Shown here piece after piece: positions 62,329 to 64,000 of a DNA stretch of 64,000 nt (positions within the stretch are counted from its first letter, which is position 1; each line of letters begins with the position of its first letter). This DNA is from Octopus vulgaris. Taxonomy: Eukaryota. Location: positions 22,010,001-22,074,000 of the forward strand of contig OX597829.1 in the NCBI GenBank assembly GCA_951406725.2. Direction: 5' to 3'. A program made the translations under genes and the position numbers. A model generated the notes under the pieces. That model saw only the letters and a list, made by a program, of their open reading frames with translations, was not told where the DNA came from and ran no database searches.

Positions 62329-63312
62329 AAGCTCGTGAGGAACGAAGCCAGTATGCTCCGATGGATGTGTAATGTCAGTGTACTTACTCGACAGAGCGTT
62401 AGTACCTTGAGAGAAATGTTGTACCTAAGAAGCATCAGTTGTTGTGTGCAAGAGAGACGATTGCGCTGGTATGGTCATGTGGCGAGAATGGATGAAGATA
62501 GGTGTGTGAGAAAGTGCCAATCCCTAGCAGTTGAGGGAACCCGTGGAAGAGGTAGACCCAGGAAAACCTGGGACGAAGTGGTGAAGCACGACCTTCGGAC
62601 GTTAGGTCTCACCATGGAAATGACTAGAGACCAAGACCTATGGAAGTATGCTGTGTGTGAGAAGACCCGGCAAGACTAGTGAAGCCATAATCCGTGGCCC
62701 CTACCTGGGACGTAGTCAGTCCACCTGTGCATACCTTCCTTCTTGTGACACTTGTGAAGACCTGTTGAGGCAAGTGAGAATCGAATCGAATCAAATCAAA
62801 TCAAATCGAACCAAATCAAAATAGATGAACATCAATGGAATTTGTATCCTTGTGGTACCAGTGCCGGTGGCACATACATAAGAAAACCATCCGAACGTGA
62901 TCGTAGCCAGTACCGCAATGACTGGCCTCCGTGCTGAGGGCACGTAACAAACACCATCCGAGCGTGGCCGTCCGCCAGCCCCGTCTGGCACCTGTGTCGG
63001 TGACACATAAGAAAACACCATCCGAGCGTGGCCGTCAGCCAGCCTCGTCTGGCACCTGTGTCGGTGGCACATAAAAAACACCATCCGAGCGTGGCCGTCT
63101 GCCAGCCTCGTCTGGCACCTGTGTCGGTGGCACATAAAATCACCCACTACACTCTCGGAGTGGTTGGCGTTAGGAAGAGCATCCAGCTGTAGAAACACTG
63201 CCAGATCTGACTGGCCTGGTGCAGCCTTCGGGCTTGCCAGACCCCAGTTGAACCGTCCAACCCATGCTAGCATGGAAAGCGGACGTTAAACGATGATGAT
63301 GATGATGATGAT
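62329..63312 (+). mobile_element. Young 5'-truncated RTE LINE with tandem-repeat 3' UTR
   Basis: KLVRNEASMLRWMCNV...RRLRWYGHVARMDED...GRGRPRKTW...KTRQD*, then four 63-66-bp units and a (GAT)n tail. Confidence 0.95.
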
Positions 63313-63459
63313 ATGAAGTTAAATAATGAGGGTAGAAAGTAATGATAATTAATATCAATTTAAACCAGTGCCCTAGCATAAATTTTGTATCTTCATTTGT
63401 CTTGCTCGTTTTACATTCTGGCATTTACTGAAATTTCCTGAGAACAAAGAATCCCATTG

Positions 63460-63700
63460 TATATATATATATATATATGCATGTATATATTTGTGTGTGT
63501 GTCTGTGTTTGTCCCCCCACCATTGCTTGACAACCGATGTTGGTATGTTTATGTCCCTGTAACTTAGCAGTTCAGCAAAAGAGACCAATAGAATAAGTAC
63601 TAGGCTTACAATGAATAAGTCCTGGGATCGATTTACTCGACTAAAGGCAGTGCTCCAGCATGGTCCAGTCAAATGACTGAAACAAGTAAAAGAATAAAAG
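63460..63700 (+). mobile_element. Family-A SINE 3' half
   Basis: Central microsatellite through to tail CAAATGACTGAAACAAGTAAAAGAA. Confidence 0.88.
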
Positions 63701-64000
63701 AATATATAAATATATATATATTGCTAAACCTCGCTAAGATAAATATTTCAATTAACCTGAAGATTGACTGTAACCATAACTCGAATTATTACGAATTGTA
63801 CAGCCATGAAATGATCGTAGTGTTTTACTCTTTATCTTTTATTAAACTTTTAATACTTTTGACATTTATTTAAAATAATATAAATTAATTAATTTTATGT
63901 ATTGGCTTATGTTTTTCATTGTTTGATTTGCCTAATAGTGGTTTTATCTCTAATTTAATACAATATAATATAATATATTTTACTATAAAATTGGATTTAA

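Noticed and set aside
62860-63145. CRISPR-like periodic array
   Set aside because: Whole units repeat with no unique spacers, no cas genes, and it lies in a eukaryotic LINE UTR.

Overview
Eukaryotic, AT-rich, repeat-saturated DNA. The SINE and RTE families and the microsatellite load look like an Octopus (cephalopod) genome; this is inferred from recognisable repeats, not confirmed by search. Almost none of the ORF-track entries are real genes: they are microsatellite translations or transposon debris. Host coding signal is limited to a probable minus-strand MZT2/MOZART2-like gene (first coding exon 36119-36183 in a CpG-rich patch, a ~25.9-kb intron, second exon 10135-10248, the rest probably left of the window) and two phase-compatible orphan minus-strand exons at 49.4-50.1 kb. 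The rest is nested mobile DNA: tRNA-derived SINEs of at least three families, RTE LINEs (one family with a PHD finger inside RT), a young CR1, an ORF1-only L1/Tx1-like element, Penelope-like remnants with hammerhead-ribozyme fossils, two abutting mariners with a solo LTR in one, piggyBac/hAT/Tc1/Merlin-like MITEs, and Helitron and Helentron pieces. All coordinates were read by eye, and the boundaries of degraded repeats are approximate.
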